Assembly: GCA_977030845.1 (NCBI GenBank)
Contig: OZ365114.1
Span: 22,692,001-22,756,000, forward strand
DNA from: Fimbriosthenelais zetlandica
Taxonomy: Eukaryota
Direction of reading: 5' to 3'
Length of the DNA: 64,000 nucleotides
Below are positions 37,861 through 51,788 of this stretch, one piece after another (the stretch's first letter is position 1; every line of letters begins with the position of its first letter). Below the pieces are notes generated by a model. That model saw nothing but the letters and a program-made list of their open reading frames with translations, did no database searches and was not told the DNA's origin. The translations under genes were made by a program, and so were the position numbers.

Positions 37861-39807
37861 CTGTATAGGTTCAATTACATCAACTATAGCTGACCACAGG
37901 CTTGCTGTGTGTGGGACTCACTTCCTGCAGGCTGGCAGTTATGTGATATGCCAGTTGTGTCTTGACATTACCTATTAATGGAGTCTGAGAGATTGTGGTC
38001 ACAGCATATACATCAAGCGATGGGAAGCAAACACCAGACAGTGCCAAGACAGTGTGAGGGGAATACCATGTCCAAAACCAGCACTCAATAAATGATAAGA
38101 TACCAACAGAAGCATCAGATCGGCCCACGCCTGCCTTATGTACGTACATGCCTATCGTGAGTCCATTACAGAAATAAGACATGCAACGAATGTCCTCTCA
38201 CAAACAGAACATACAACTGGATGTGGTCTTGTCGCATATAGTAAAAGGGGACATGTCGTAGTTGTGAATATGACAGGGAATACATAGAAAACATTTGCTC
38301 CCCCTGCATTAACACAGGGCTTAATCAATGATGAAGGTCCATAAGTTGTTTTTTAACGAATCAGGAAACTATTGTGCACGATTCCTTTTCATTGCCTGTT
38401 TTCAATTTACTCAGCTGTAACTTTCAATTTACTTAGGTTCATCCTTTGGATGGCGAGTTAAAAAAGTGTTAATCAAGGAAGTATGTATACTATGGGACTT
38501 CGTCCAGCACAAGGGGCTTATACACAATCCTGATAAGATCTTCAACCAGCGGGTACGATTCCATTCCAGAACCCATTTCTGAGACAAAACATTTTCTGGA
38601 TAAAATGGTTTTGGCAGATGGAAACAAATAGATCCGTACGGTATCAGATTAAATTGATTTACAGAAAATGGGTTTCTGCATGGTACAAATGGGTTGTACG
38701 CCAAAATGTATTTTCTATGAGAGATGCCTCACAATTTATGTGTGTGAAATACGTTTAGTGTACAGATGGTGATTGGCCCTCACCTCTTTGCCTTATTGGC
38801 TCAGCATCAAAAGCATAGTCCGCCAAAAGATCCCTTCCTTACCTTTTCTCAGTCTGTTGCCAAGGGATAGGCTACATTTTTCACAGGCAAGCGAATGTCC
38901 CTCGATGACTCGTTTTATTTTATTTTTGTCTATATTCTGTCTCTGGAAGGCAGCTCCAAAAACCTTCTGACATATGAGACTATCGCATTATGAAGATAGC
39001 AAACTGCTGATAGCAGAAGTGTGCAAGAAAAGATAGGAAGTGTCAATGACGGAGATATTGTTAGTCGACTCGGAAGTCTCAAGGACTCTATGTATTCCTC
39101 TGGGATCAATAGACATAGCCCCAGTGCAGAAAGAGGAATGGCCCACCACAGGCTCAGATAGATCCCTACAGTGTATGGGCATAATTTGGTCCTCTTTGTT
39201 TCCACTCCTGTCTTTCCCACTTTGCCCCATAAATAAATCACCTCACTCTCTTTAGTCTTTTCCTCTCTCTTTGCCTCGTATCTAATGCTAAATCTAGTGT
39301 GTATAAATAGTACCAGTCCCAGGGGCTTTGTGGGGAAGAATTTATTGATCATTCTTTGAGGGCAAAGTGTTTGCATGATGGTCCTAGTGATGGATTTCAA
39401 GGATGGACGAAAGGAGAACCCGATTACACAAGAGCAAAGTATGTTGCACACAGATGGTGGCTTCGCTATTGATGGCTTTTCTTAACAAAGAGCTATGATA
39501 GCAATCATGTGTGAGGCATTAAAAAGGACGTATTATGGGGAAATCCCAGTGAACCTTTGATCTTGGAGCAATTTGTTAAGATTTTCCCCTCGCGGGAAAT
39601 CTTTATCTTCAGATGTCTCTAGAGACGGGAGGTGTTGAAGCAGGAACCTGTCTAGGCTGTAATAGGCCTGTAATGTTTGTCTTAGCGTGTTAAATCACCA
39701 GGCAAAAACACAGGCAGTGTGTTAAAAATGGTAAGTTCCACTCTGTCAAGTTTATCACATCAGTCTCTTTCCCTTGTTCTGCTATGACCTACCTAGTATA
39801 GGATCGT

Positions 39808-39883
39808 ATAGGATATCTCCGAAACAGAATACCGGCTTTTTGCGAATAGGATATCTCTGAAACAGAATACCGGCTTTTTCCGA
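39808..39883. repeat. Tandem duplication, 2 x 38 bp
   Basis: ATAGGATATCTC(C/T)GAAACAGAATACCGGCTTTTT(G/C)CGA twice, with 2 mismatches. Confidence 0.9.
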
Positions 39884-40957
39884 ACCTGCCTCTTATTTGG
39901 CAGCTGTGCATGGTACCTCATGTTTGCCATGCTTGCTGTAAATGTATAAATAACATTATGATGTGATCCAACAAAGTTCACCACTGAAAGGGGTTCAGCT
40001 TTTGAACGAAACAGCAAAATCTAATGACAAGGAAAAGACATAAATCTGGAAACTGCGCCAACAAAATGGTACGTATAATATGATGCCAATCAGTCCCTGT
40101 GAATGTAGTAATGTAGGACAGGTAAGGCAAAGAACACCCGGGGAGTTTAATCAGAAAGCAGAAGAGAAGATAACAGCGGAATGAATAATATATATGCATT
40201 TACCACTATAGGAAAACAGAATGGCACAGAAGAAATAGAACTGTTTTTCCTAGTCCATATAGATGTATGGATGATTTGCTGGAGAAAAGCAGCATATATA
40301 GAACTGTAATTGACTTAATATACCTTGTAAAATGCTGCCTCCCATGCCTGCCATCCATACTGTCTGTACAGCGTTACTGTATTATAGATACAAAAACAAG
40401 CTTGGCCATAATGGATACTGTCAGGAAGAAGTGTTAAAAGAAAATGTGAAGGTCACATGGTATAAAATCCAATCGTATAGAAATACAGTAGATAAAATCA
40501 TGGCATTTCTTCAAGCTGTTGATGCAATTTAGGGAACTAGGCAATGCGTCTATAGGAATGCGAAGAAAGATATTTCAACAACATAATATAGGTATAGCCT
40601 ACTTCCCATATTTGCACAAAAACTAATGTCTACATGCTGGGTAGAGGTCAAAGCCTGTGACCAGTATGGGCAACCATTATATCATATTCGCAAAATTATC
40701 TCCCGAGGGCCTCGCTGAGACAAAATAAAGAGAGGGAGAGTGGTGGAATGAAATGGATATCAAAATACTGTATACTATGTCGACTATAACAACATTTGTC
40801 GTCAAATTCCTTCATTTCAGTACAAATTGAGTTGCAATCAGTCGGGAATTCCTCGTGTAAGACATCCAGCTTCATCAACCATTTCATTTCTCCCAGGCCA
40901 GGCCTCAGCTTACATACAAAAGGCAAAGCCAAGTAAAAACGCCCCGTCTCATCTTAC

Positions 40958-40981
40958 CTAAGAGCTCGAATGGCAGGCAAG
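40958..40981 (-). CDS. Micro-exon (24 nt, phase 2->2) LPAIRAL
   Basis: Acceptor tgtaatttgtcacAG and donor AG|GTAAGA. It continues RDLVKL-LPAIRAL in frame. Confidence 0.58.
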   Translation of the reverse strand, partial: LACHSSS

Positions 40982-42628
40982 CTGTGACAAATTACACAGG
41001 CGGGCAAGGACACAAAATGGGGATTTAAATTACCACAGCCTAAGGAGGCGTGCAAGCAGAAGGGACCCAGAGGGTCTGTGGACCTAGTATCTCATGCTAA
41101 TCGTTGGAGGCTTGTTCGTAACGGGAAAGAGGAAGAACTGAGGTTTGGGGTGGGGGAGTAGGACGAGGTGGGGTCGATGCTGTTTGGAGACGTTCATGAT
41201 GACAAAGTGTTCTCCAGCCGAGATAATCTGATAATATGAGGAGGAAGTGATAAGGAGAAGACGAGGAGCAGGGGGGAGGAAGCCGAGGGGAGGTTGGTGC
41301 TCACTGGGATTTGCTCCAAGTGTTGGAGGCAAATATGGACATGCCTTGGGTGCCGAAAAACAAGAAAATTATTTCCCGTTGTGGTTTGACAAGGGAAAAC
41401 ATCAACATAGATCACTTATAATGGCTACAATGCAAGGAGGTGGTTGGAAGTGATTGTGGTGAATGGATGGAATCTAGTCACGGAGATAGGCAAATGATCA
41501 TTCCACATGTCGGATTAACTATGTTAACATCTTTCCTGTAGCAGTTTACAGCTATAGGGAATGATCATGGAACTAAGTCCCTTGGGAAAACAACATGGCC
41601 GTCAATTCAAATGAATATCAACCCTTAATCCCTGCAGCAGCTGTATTATTAAGAGTTTCTTTGAAATTGCGAAAATAATCATTTCAGTCCATTGTTTTTC
41701 AAACTTTCAAACTGCAAAAAAGGTTTAAAATTGAAGCCTTTAAAAAAGTAAGGGAACAAGAGGTGCTCGTCTCATAACAATTTAAAGCGGTGTTTTTGAG
41801 GAGAGCAATGGTTATGTGTGAATGAAGGAGAAGACCGCCATTTGCAAAATGACATGATTACAGTTGGCGTTAGTATTGATGGCTGACTTTATCTATTAAA
41901 TACACGCTTCCTGAGAATAGCCACACAGCTAGCCTCCAGCACTGATCCAATAAACAGGGAATATGCTCCTTCACAGGTTACATACTTGCACTGACATCGA
42001 GCAGTTTTCTATTTCTGGATCATATATATGCAATTCAGTTATTCTGCAATATCAGTGAAAGACAATATATACCATTTCATATAATATATGTACATAAGAT
42101 CACCCAATACTTATGCCAGTAAATTTTAACTTGGCTGTACCAGTTGATTTCCCAAGAGGCATTGCCTCAAGCAGACGTTTTGCAGTCTTTCTATAGCAAC
42201 AGTTTAATTATTAAACTTTTGCTATATAGAAAGACTGTAAAAAAAGTCGGCTTGAGGCAATTAATACATTGTTTTCAAAGTTAATCTGATAAAAAAAGTA
42301 ATGGACTTATGTGATAGTTACATTATTGATCAGTGAATGAACTGAGGTAAATTAACCTCTACATGAGCTACATGTAGCCTCTTATTGTTGAAGAGGTTGA
42401 ATTCTACATGAGCTTAATTAGATCTAGGCGTGTTTTATCAGCAAGTCAAAACGGGATAAGAGACACAATGCAGCACCACAATTGTCTTGAGATGGAGGAC
42501 GACCTTCAACAGCCTTTGCCCATCGCCATGGAAACTGTTTCAGCCCCTTCCACCTAGTTGTCTCTCCCTCCTGAATTCACCAGACGACAGTTGTATCAAT
42601 ATCCTCAATTATCGCCCACCCTCCTTAC

Positions 42629-42695
42629 AGTTTCACTAAATCTCTGGGCTCCAGTTCTCGGGAGAGTTTGCCCGATGAACTTTGTTCCATCAGGC
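42629..42695 (-). CDS. Exon (67 nt, phase 1->2) LMEQSSSGKLSRELEPRDLVK
   Basis: Long pyrimidine-rich tract ending tgtccAG and donor GTAAGG. Phase-compatible on both sides. Confidence 0.62.
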
Positions 42696-44143
42696 CTGGA
42701 CACCGAGTCAGAATTGGTGGAAATGAGATGGTAGATAATGAAAGAGTGGAGGGAGGAAGAAGATGAGTTGGAGGAAGGGTCAGCTTTATTTGCTCGGCCA
42801 AATTAAGGAGGTCCAGTATACTGATGACAATCACGCGGGAAGGGGAAAAAATAGTAATATCCTTTCTGTAATTTAGGATACAAATGTCTCACTTAGCTCC
42901 CTTGCATCCCAGATCTTATCACATCTGCTCATTCACTGGAGTTCTTTTTTGTTGCTTTTTTTAGATTTCTTATCACACTGCAATCTTTCATGAAAGATTA
43001 GCTCCTGCAGAATTAGACTGCAGACCCTTACCCAAGTCTCAGGATGCGCAGCCAAATCACCCCAGATCACTGACACGTGATTTCCCAGAACCGGAAGTCC
43101 TCGGCTCTTGCGTCATAAGCATATTTGAGGAGCCACCTGGAGACAAATTAGTGAAAATGGTGTTATCTGGGAGGCATTTTGATGGGCGTTATCTTTCCAC
43201 CATTTGACGTTTGATAATCACAGTTTGAGACAAGGTAATTTATCACAATCTTATCTGGCAGCCCAGCTTTATGAGCAGAGTTCTGCGGTGAGAAAGACTA
43301 AAAAAACTGATGGCTATTCTTCCCAGCCACCTCCCTACTTCATCCTCCTCATCCACCTACCCTGCTTCACTCCTTGATCTCCTTTTCCTTCTGTAAAGCC
43401 CTGTTTCCTGTCGGTTGAAGTCCAACAAACGGTTCTGTTTCTTGCAGCCATTATACAAAGGGAAGCTGGCATTCAGAGTGTGGCTGATCACATTGACGTT
43501 GAGTCGGTTTAATGTTTCACCTTTTTCCAACACTTGGCAGTTACTGCAGGGATGGCAGACCTGAATCTTCTATGCCATCTGGATTAGAAACTTGTCAACT
43601 TCTGCATTGTCCTGGCATGCTTCTTTAACAACAGCGCCTTCATTTGGATTTCTCATCATACTTTCAATATGAAGGTTTTTGCACGGTATTACTTTCCTTT
43701 ATACTCTTGGCTTTTAAGCTCCACGAGCCAAAGGAAAAAGTTGAACCTTATGAATATGATTTGCATCTAATTTACCCTTAGCTTGTGAAGGCAATTGATA
43801 CTTAATTTAGTGTTTTTCCTCGCGATTTCATTGAGAGAATCGTGGGAGGCCATTGTACACCTGACGGAGCAATAAGTCTTAGAGGCGGGAGATGATTCCT
43901 CCACCAATCTGCTCTTCATCACATACATCTAAGGAATTAGGGAGAAAACCCATCCATCATCACATATCATCAATAGGTCTACTCATATATATACACCATT
44001 TATCTCCGCATTATTTGTTTGCTGCTCATATATTACACTGAGGATAGCAGAGGCTGCTTATATTTCTAAGCACCAAGGCCACCCTTCCCAAGAGACCCAC
44101 AAAATATTTCCCATCAAAACCATCAAATTGACCATGTATTTAC

Positions 44144-44186
44144 ATTTAAATATCTGATAGAGAATATCTATTGAGATGTTGGAAGC
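44144..44186 (-). CDS. Micro-exon (43 nt, phase 0->1) ASNISIDILYQIFK
   Basis: T-rich tract then ctatAG, donor GTAAAT. It supplies the 0->1 link needed between the 50234 and 42629 exons. Confidence 0.55.
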
Positions 44187-46389
44187 CTATAGCTTCTTAC
44201 CGAAATAAAACAATCAAAAGAACAAACGGATTGCAATTACATGGATGCAAACATATACAGTAAAGTCAGTCATCCATCTTCATTGATTGCTGGAATTAGA
44301 AAGCAAGACACAGGTCAGTCACGAAACCAACTAGGTCTTTATCTAATTGTGTCCTTTTATCTGGAAAACAGAGGATAGATATTCTCAGGACATGGTGGAC
44401 GCTTGCCATTTGTTACACGGGGACAAAGACACATGAATTTCCCATGGCATGGACCTTTCAAAGCACCTATATATAGTTTTTAGCAGAGAATGATTGTTCT
44501 CAGGCTATTGATAACTCTAATTGAATCTATCCATAACAAATCACAACAGAGGAGTGGTATTCTCTTCCAAAAATTACAATTTTAATCAAGGCAGGAAGGC
44601 GAGGAGGTGAACTGACATCTCAATAGCAGCCTCTGATGCCCCTCCTTTTCCTTTGTAACTTCCCCATAATAGACTTCTCCAAAAAAGGCCCTTTGCGGAA
44701 TGAAATGAAATTGAAATTTTTTTCTCGTAACCATGAGTAGTTCTCGATGTATTCATGGCATGGAAATCAGGTTTCAGGTTGTCAGAAATGAGAAAGCAGC
44801 ACCTCACTGCAATCAGGGAAATGAATTATTATTTTTGGAGAGGATGATTTATGGATCTGTTTGGATAATTGCCGGTTTTCACGAGATAAATTGCCAACAC
44901 TTCTGGAGGAAGCGAGAAATTCAAACAGAAAATCTCTTCAGTTAGGAGATTTTGAGAAGAAGTGCCTTTTAATGTTTTACATGTTGCATGGAGCTTCGGG
45001 AAGTTATTAATGGGTTGACTTAAGACTCGAGTTGACGCCTTAAATCGTATTGCTCGTATTCTATATATTACGCTATATTTGGAAGTATAAAGCAAGGTCC
45101 TAATAGCAAAATTTATTGATACCTAAACACATGGAGGCCTCGGCCACATACTCGTTTTGACTAGGCGTTAAATCGCACACAGCTGGGGATTGGGGAGATA
45201 GGTGATAAATTTGGCAGATTGTAAAGTTTCATAGCCAGCTTCAAACGGCGCTCGCCATATACTTCTATGCATAGGACTCGGGTGAAACTCAAGGGCTGAG
45301 ATCCCTATAATATCCTCCGGCAAAATAAATCAAAACTTCGCAAAGTTATACAGCTTAGGCTGTGTCACACCTACTAACACTGATCCATATACTTCTAATG
45401 ACACTCATTTATCAATAAATCTTGGTTTCCTTGGCAAGGATGTTGTTCAGAATATTGAAAGAGCCGAACCCACATTTAGAACCCACATCTGTATTCATTG
45501 GAAGCATGTGTACATGGAATTTAAATTTAAAACCATTGTTCAAAATCATCAATTCAAAACAAATCTGCCATTAAATGCCATAACCAAGTACTGTAATCTG
45601 CCAAACCAAGTAGAAGAAGAATGGTCCCCACTTAAACAAAAAGGCACCTACTTTTCTGAATGAAGAGGTACAGTAGGTCAATCCTGTATATGGAGGCTAT
45701 GGTCTGAGAGGGTGCACCATGGCTTAGCATATACATAGACCTGTCAATGGAATCGTATTCTTAGCTTGTGTAGCTCCCATATATACTAGATGCCACGTTT
45801 AAAGCAGACGATTCGGTCATATACTGCGAATGTCACATATACATATCGCAGTTAACGACTGCTTTATTTCCGAGCATCGGCTGATACTTTCATGCAGTAA
45901 CAATCCTTCATCTATCTCTTATATGCGCATGTATATATTCTGATTGCCTTGCCCGGGCAACAATTTGATGTAAAGTCGTGGAAAGTTTCACAGACTGGCC
46001 AAACTGGCAAATTTAAAAGTTGTTGCTAAGCTGTAACAATGTATCAAGACAAGTCCTCCGCTTGCTCGTTATAATACAATATTAATGTAATCCACAATGC
46101 GCTCCTGGTTCACAATAAGGATATATCTGACAAAAGTAATCAAAGATACTAGCCTGGGATGTCCTAATGATTACATTGATCAGTGAGAGGTACAAGTTTC
46201 TGAGTACATCAATAATCTACAGCTAAATGTAAATTAAAGGACTCGGAAAATTCTATATTAGATTTTCCTTTTGATCCAGGTTCCAATATTACACACACTA
46301 TTTACTCAATATTCAGTATTCCCTTTTCAATGTATGTCCTATCCGGTCTCCAATATACAATCCATCAAGCCCTTATGTCCTGGAAAAAA

Positions 46390-46750
46390 GTTTAGGACTT
46401 CCACACAGAGGTTGCCAAGTCCACAGTGGATGTATCCTGGACATTAGAGATATAACTGTAAGCTTTGGTCAGTTTGCAGTTGGATGCAGACACAGCAAGT
46501 CTTTGATTACACCACTTAGGTAGTCTTTCACTGACCATGTATAAATGAGCGATGCCTGTACTTGAGGTCGTACTTCCTTGGCGGGAGAGTGCCTCACACA
46601 CTCCAGCGCCTTCACCCACAGCTCGCCAAGCCTCAACTACTACCAACAGCCATTGCGAGCTACTCCTCAGCCGCTCACCCTTAACACCAACTTCCCTCGC
46701 TAGGAGGCCGTCCCAGCAGCAGAAAGGCCTGGATGCATTCGTAAACCATC
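46390..46750 (-). mobile_element. Possible decayed L1/Tx1-like 3' ORF2 fragment
   Basis: ...KLTKAYSYI...SVWKS resembles the zf-RVT-adjacent pattern. Weak similarity only. Confidence 0.25.
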
Positions 46751-48399
46751 ATTGCTACTTTTTTCCGATTGAAAGGAACACAAAAATAGCCAGCAGCCCC
46801 TACCGTTGGGATTGGTTTTGTGTTTTGTGGTTCCATGTGGTGAGGGAATTTGTTCTTTTTTAAATGTGGTCGTAGATAACGAATGCAAATATCTTTGGAG
46901 AATTCAGACTCATTCAGCATTGAAACAAATTGACCAAATCCCTTGATGATGGATTGATGTGTCAGGAATGATTTGGGTATGGATTTAGTTTCACGTTTTT
47001 GATGGGTAGCGAGAGAGACAAAGAAAATATTTCATCTCTCAAGGATTGAAGACCAGAGAAACTATTTTTTATGGAGGGTCTGCTTCAAAAACACCAGGTA
47101 GATACCATATTGCTTATATGTGTACACCATTTGGACGATATCTGACTTAGATACAAGCTCCTGGTCAACAACTCTCATTATTTAAGCTGTTTTTATTATT
47201 ACAAATACTACCTTCGTGGTTGGAAAGAAGAAAATCAGTGCATCGAAGCAATGTCAATGGCATGCTTGCCGGCTATCGAACTGTGAACAAAGAGTAGGCG
47301 AATTTCAAAACACTCGAATGCAAATTTAACACTTCAAAAACCAGCCTTTGGGAAGAGACATGATTGCCCCTTGGTTGTTAATTTTGAAAATCAATACTTA
47401 AAATATGCGACAAAACAGCTTCAAATATGACAATATTCCGCCATACAAAACATCAGCTGCAGCAGATGGGTTACCCAGATGTACTGTCATCTGATCCACA
47501 TGTCATATATTCATAGATAACGTCAGTATTATCCATCTGAGGATGTTTTAAAGTTGATTTTGTCTGTGCTATGGTGTCTGTACCCTCTCCTGTGGACTTC
47601 CCTTCCCAGGTGGCCGACAGGAAGCACCAGACCTCGACCCAACTTCCGGAAGAATGTAAAGGAAGGGGAGCGCCGCAGTCTTCTTAAGAATCTCCTATGA
47701 AGTATGGTCTTGATAGTCACCTTGCATTGGGAGATCATTATTCTTAAAGCGGTGATTAATCTTATGTCAAGCCCACATAAAGATGCCTTTTCTAGAAGGA
47801 AGTGGAATGCATTATCCGCAGTATGAATGGTTTGGTGGGTTATCTATCATAATGATCTTGTGAAGGCTCTTTTGATTTAAAGGAAACCCTCTAAGGTCTG
47901 GTCCTTTAATTGGGCCATTCAAATATAACTAAAAACATGTGCTGACAGAATGTTGTGACCTGTGACCATCTTAGTCCATCAGCAGGTAGCACCAGGACTT
48001 TAAGAGTCAGGAAATGCGTGCAGCTTGACCATTCTAAGCTGGGAGGAAGATGGATATGGTATTATTTGCCCGAGTAGGCCATGCACTAGGCCCATAATGA
48101 AATCAGAGTCCAATAGACATGGCTCTCCTGCACAGATACCTGCAGCCAATGGCTGTATGTCATGGTAAATCAGGGTCAGATCTTCCATCTAAGCTCTAGG
48201 TTGAAGTATCAAGTAACTCCAGCTTTAGCCACATTTAATAGCTGCAGGGTTTTGGCAGTCAGGTATCACATGAGAGAGGTCAAAATGTGAACAGTACACC
48301 ACACTGAAATTTTCAAAAGGGAAGTAACGTATACAATGGCAAGGGGAGAAACAATAGCCGAGTTATAAATGTAGCTCTCACACTGCATGTTGTTGCTGG

Positions 48400-48650
48400 A
48401 TGTTTTGTAATGCCACATCCCTCAGGAGAAGGAATGGATTTTTCCCCATAGTAAGGTAGAGAAACGAGCACACCAACTTTGCCTTGCATAACAAAGCGGT
48501 AACACATTGGGGGAGGGACCCTTTCTCATTAATCGTGATCCCAACTGATTCAGCAGTACTTTGCAAGTACCACAAGATTGTCGGCCATGCATCACAATAT
48601 ACCGTGTTAACTGATAACTGGATGAGATGTCACTAACATATGACCTCACT
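48400..48650 (-). mobile_element. Decayed non-LTR retrotransposon RT fragment
   Basis: GVR...GDISS (cf. GVRQGDILSP), MADNLVVLA (cf. YADDLVLLA, 48550-48591) and, after a frameshift, AESVGITINEK (cf. A..VGL.IN..K). Confidence 0.45.
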
Positions 48651-50233
48651 CCTCTCACGAAAGGATAGAACTAAGATCCGGATGCTCCACAAAGGTATAG
48701 TAAAAGGACCGGTGATTTACGCAAAAACTGGCAAAATGCCAGCACATGCCATTAGAGTACATTGAGTGTACACGTATTCATGTCTCTAGAAGAGCATTAT
48801 TTGGGAGTTAAATCCAAGTGATTTTATGTCAACTTCCATACAGGTTTAGCTTTCAGTTCTCAACATCAAGGCCATGTACTGGACACCTACGGTATCTAGA
48901 TTGAACTGCAGCTCTTCCATCGACCCTCAATATCTTTCACAGATTAAACCAGACTTTTAGATTTCCCCCACGCCTGCTGCTGGAAGGAAAAGTAGAGACT
49001 TGGGAAAGACCCTTGTGGTACCCCAGAGAATGAAGAATCATCTTGGGTACTCAAAGCTCTATCTATCACATTGTAGGATCAAGTCCAATGAACTGAAATA
49101 GATGTGTCTGGTCTGATAGGATATGGCTGGGAGAATCTCCCATTATTCTATGAACATCCATTATGGCTTCACTCGCTTGTGATTCCAGGAAGATATTACG
49201 ATGATGAATCTATAAAGCAAGCTGCCTGTATTGAGAATTTCATATGTGCACTCATATCTGAGCTCCTATATGTAGGGACAGATAGCAAATCCATGGGTGT
49301 GTACCCGCATGGGAACTACAAGCCGGATACCTTCCGCACCTTTGGGACTATACATTCACTAGTCACCCAATATGTGGGTGGATATAGTCTTAAATAAAAT
49401 AGAAAGTCAAAAAGTGTTCTAACGAATTACTTCAAAAATGACAATTCATATAAATAAGGTTCCCATAAAGCATTTCCTACAAATGAAACACAATTACATG
49501 GGCGGCTAAGATCATTTATGCTTTAGAAGAATAATGTACTGAATAGACCGAGAAATCAAAGAAATTCTCCCTTCCGATTTCACCTAATTAGACAGCAAGG
49601 AAGGTAAGCTAATGTTAAATTCAACAAAGGCTTTTCTGTTGCAGTGGAAATCAGGAATTCTCCAACTCTGGTGCAGTTTTTTTGCCACACGTTGAAGGCC
49701 AAGCTGTAAAGTAATATGCATCTATCGCTGTTGTAATCTAGCTTACACACTTCAGCTATAATATAATGTACCTGACATTTATATGGGGTTTAATTATTCA
49801 ATATGAAGGATTTTATGTTATCATTCCATTACCCAATAGCATATGAACTAATGGCAGACAGTTTTTTCAGAAATAACTGTAGTAGAAGTATTATTCGCTG
49901 CTTATACTCAATTCCACACACAAGCTTAGCCCATGGTACAAGATATAGGGATAATAGTCTACATAGTGATAATACCATGTAGCTAGGCCTATTGTTTCCC
50001 ACCAGACCATCTACCGCAATATATCCCATCTCCAGCCGTGTGTGTCTATTGTGAACCCATCAGTAAGTCTTATCACTTTGTACTTGTCTAGTCCAGGGAT
50101 AAAGAACACAGCCTTATGCAATAACGTTGCATTAAGTACTACAGGCAGGGGGAGGGCCAAATCGTATAGGCAGTTGAGTGTATATGTGACTTATACAGGG
50201 AAGTAATGGCTTGAAAAGATTGGATAGCTTTAC

Positions 50234-50342
50234 CTGATATGCGTCCACCAATGGATATAACATAGTTTGATATATCAACTCTTCACGGACGTTGATTAGA
50301 ATAGAAGGCAGTCTTTTGTAAAACATAATCAATGTTGTTTGC
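50234..50342 (-). CDS. Exon (109 nt, phase 2->0) QTTLIMFYKRLPSILINVREELIYQTMLYPLVDAYQ
   Basis: Strong acceptor ccttctcttttttAG and donor CAG|GTAAAG. Single open frame. Confidence 0.72.
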
Positions 50343-50413
50343 CTAAAAAAGAGAAGGTTCCAATGAAAAAACTTTATGACTAGGATTTATATTATTGGAC
50401 ATATTGGATTTAC

Positions 50414-50424
50414 CAAGATGTTTG
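50414..50424 (-). CDS. Micro-exon (11 nt, phase 0->2) QTS(W)
   Basis: Very strong acceptor ttatttctttgtccttgttcctgcAG and donor GTAAAT. A 71-nt intron separates it from the next exon. Confidence 0.55.
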
Positions 50425-51766
50425 CTGCAGGAACAAGGACAAAGAAATAAAGTAACATCACCAACAAGTCTTATGAGGTCTGAGCCAGGCAATGTGTCAC
50501 ATACATTGGGATTTATACTAACCACTCATACCTTAAATAGGGAGCCAGGGAAAAAAACATGATGGAAAGGCAAGCATAGTGGGAGCATATTCTTCAGACA
50601 CTGACTGAGGCTGGGGGAGCGGCTATTGACCAAACGTCGTGTTTGAATAGTATGACCCAGGAGACAACATTGATTCTATAGCCTGCCTTCCTTCAGACTG
50701 GCCAGGCAAAAGGGCAAGACATTAATATGATAAATGATACCGGACTTCTCAACACAATTGGACATACGGTATATAATGCCAACCTTCGTCACTAGTCTGT
50801 CAGGGAAAAAGTGGGAGAAATATATAACAAGAGTCATATCTGGAGCATTGGGTTGGGTATTGTACACATTTTTCATTTTAATAATTCATTGTCAAGTTCG
50901 CCATATATTCCGCTCTTTGTGGCGCAGTGGAGCCGAGAGGCTTAGCTCCCGTAATGGCTTTATTTGGAAACATAGAAAACAAAGGATAAAAGAATCCATT
51001 GAGCAACTTTGCTATCGAGAGCCTACACTATGTTAAGCTCTTATACTTTCATAAAGCAATCCATATAAAAGACCTAATTCAAAACATATAGCCCAGTTTC
51101 AAAAGCAAGCTTAGAATCCACCGTTTCAAGAGAAGATGTACATCATAACATTTAGGCCTAGTACATTACATCCTTGTACAGCAGTTTGGGACTGTTGGGC
51201 TAGAAGTGTTCATCAATCAGATTGGTAAAAGTAAAGGATATAGGCCTTTTCCTCTGCTCCACTATTTGACAGTTGCATGCAATGATGCCTCATAAAGAAG
51301 TAGCAAGAGGAGGTGGTTCCAGGTGGGGCTACACTAACCAAGCTGACAGAGTATAATCAAGTACCACCCTGGGTGCCATACACAAGACCTCTCTGCATGA
51401 CAGGCAATGCTTTCATTCCTCACCACAAAGGACTGAACAGTGAAAAAAGGTCAAGAGTTATAATGGACTGAGGAGATGGAACCAATTGACCCCTTCCCGA
51501 TGGCCGATTGTGAAGTGCAAGCAAACTAGCCTGGAGTCATACTAATACATTGTGTTTGTGCTGCAAACATCAAGATGGAGCTGGAATGAGCTGTAATTAA
51601 CCCCATATTCTTCAAACCTTCCATCATTCGAAAATTGAACAAACAAAAATGCAGATGTTAGATTCTCAGAGTCATTTCTTGACATTGCATGAGTTCCTAA
51701 TGTTCATGACACATACGTTAAAAGGTTGGAACTTATTTAATCAGAAATATTGAAAATAGCATTTAC

Positions 51767-51788
51767 AATGTATACTAAATTGGCGTAC
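51767..51788 (-). CDS. Micro-exon (22 nt, phase 2->0) YANLVYI; a 13-nt version (51776-51788) is also in phase
   Basis: Very strong acceptor ttttttcttcttcAG and donor GTAAAT. Confidence 0.5.

Noticed and set aside
37922-37984. Candidate 63-nt minus exon TPLIGNVKTQLAYHITASLQE (GTGAGT donor)
   Set aside because: Phase 0->0 does not fit between the phase-2 neighbours, the acceptor is weak, and it lies next to a LINE remnant.
38930-39451. 173-aa minus-strand ORF
   Set aside because: No domain motif or splice support. Several overlapping ORFs in different frames suggest decayed repeat sequence.
43032-43136. Minus-strand segment with good acceptor and GTAAGG donor (WLLKYAYDARAEDFRFWEI...)
   Set aside because: Stops in all three frames and phase-incompatible with the chain. 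It could at most be a poison exon or part of a MITE.
50919-50930. tRNA A-box-like GTGGCGCAGTGG
   Set aside because: No B-box or cloverleaf downstream.
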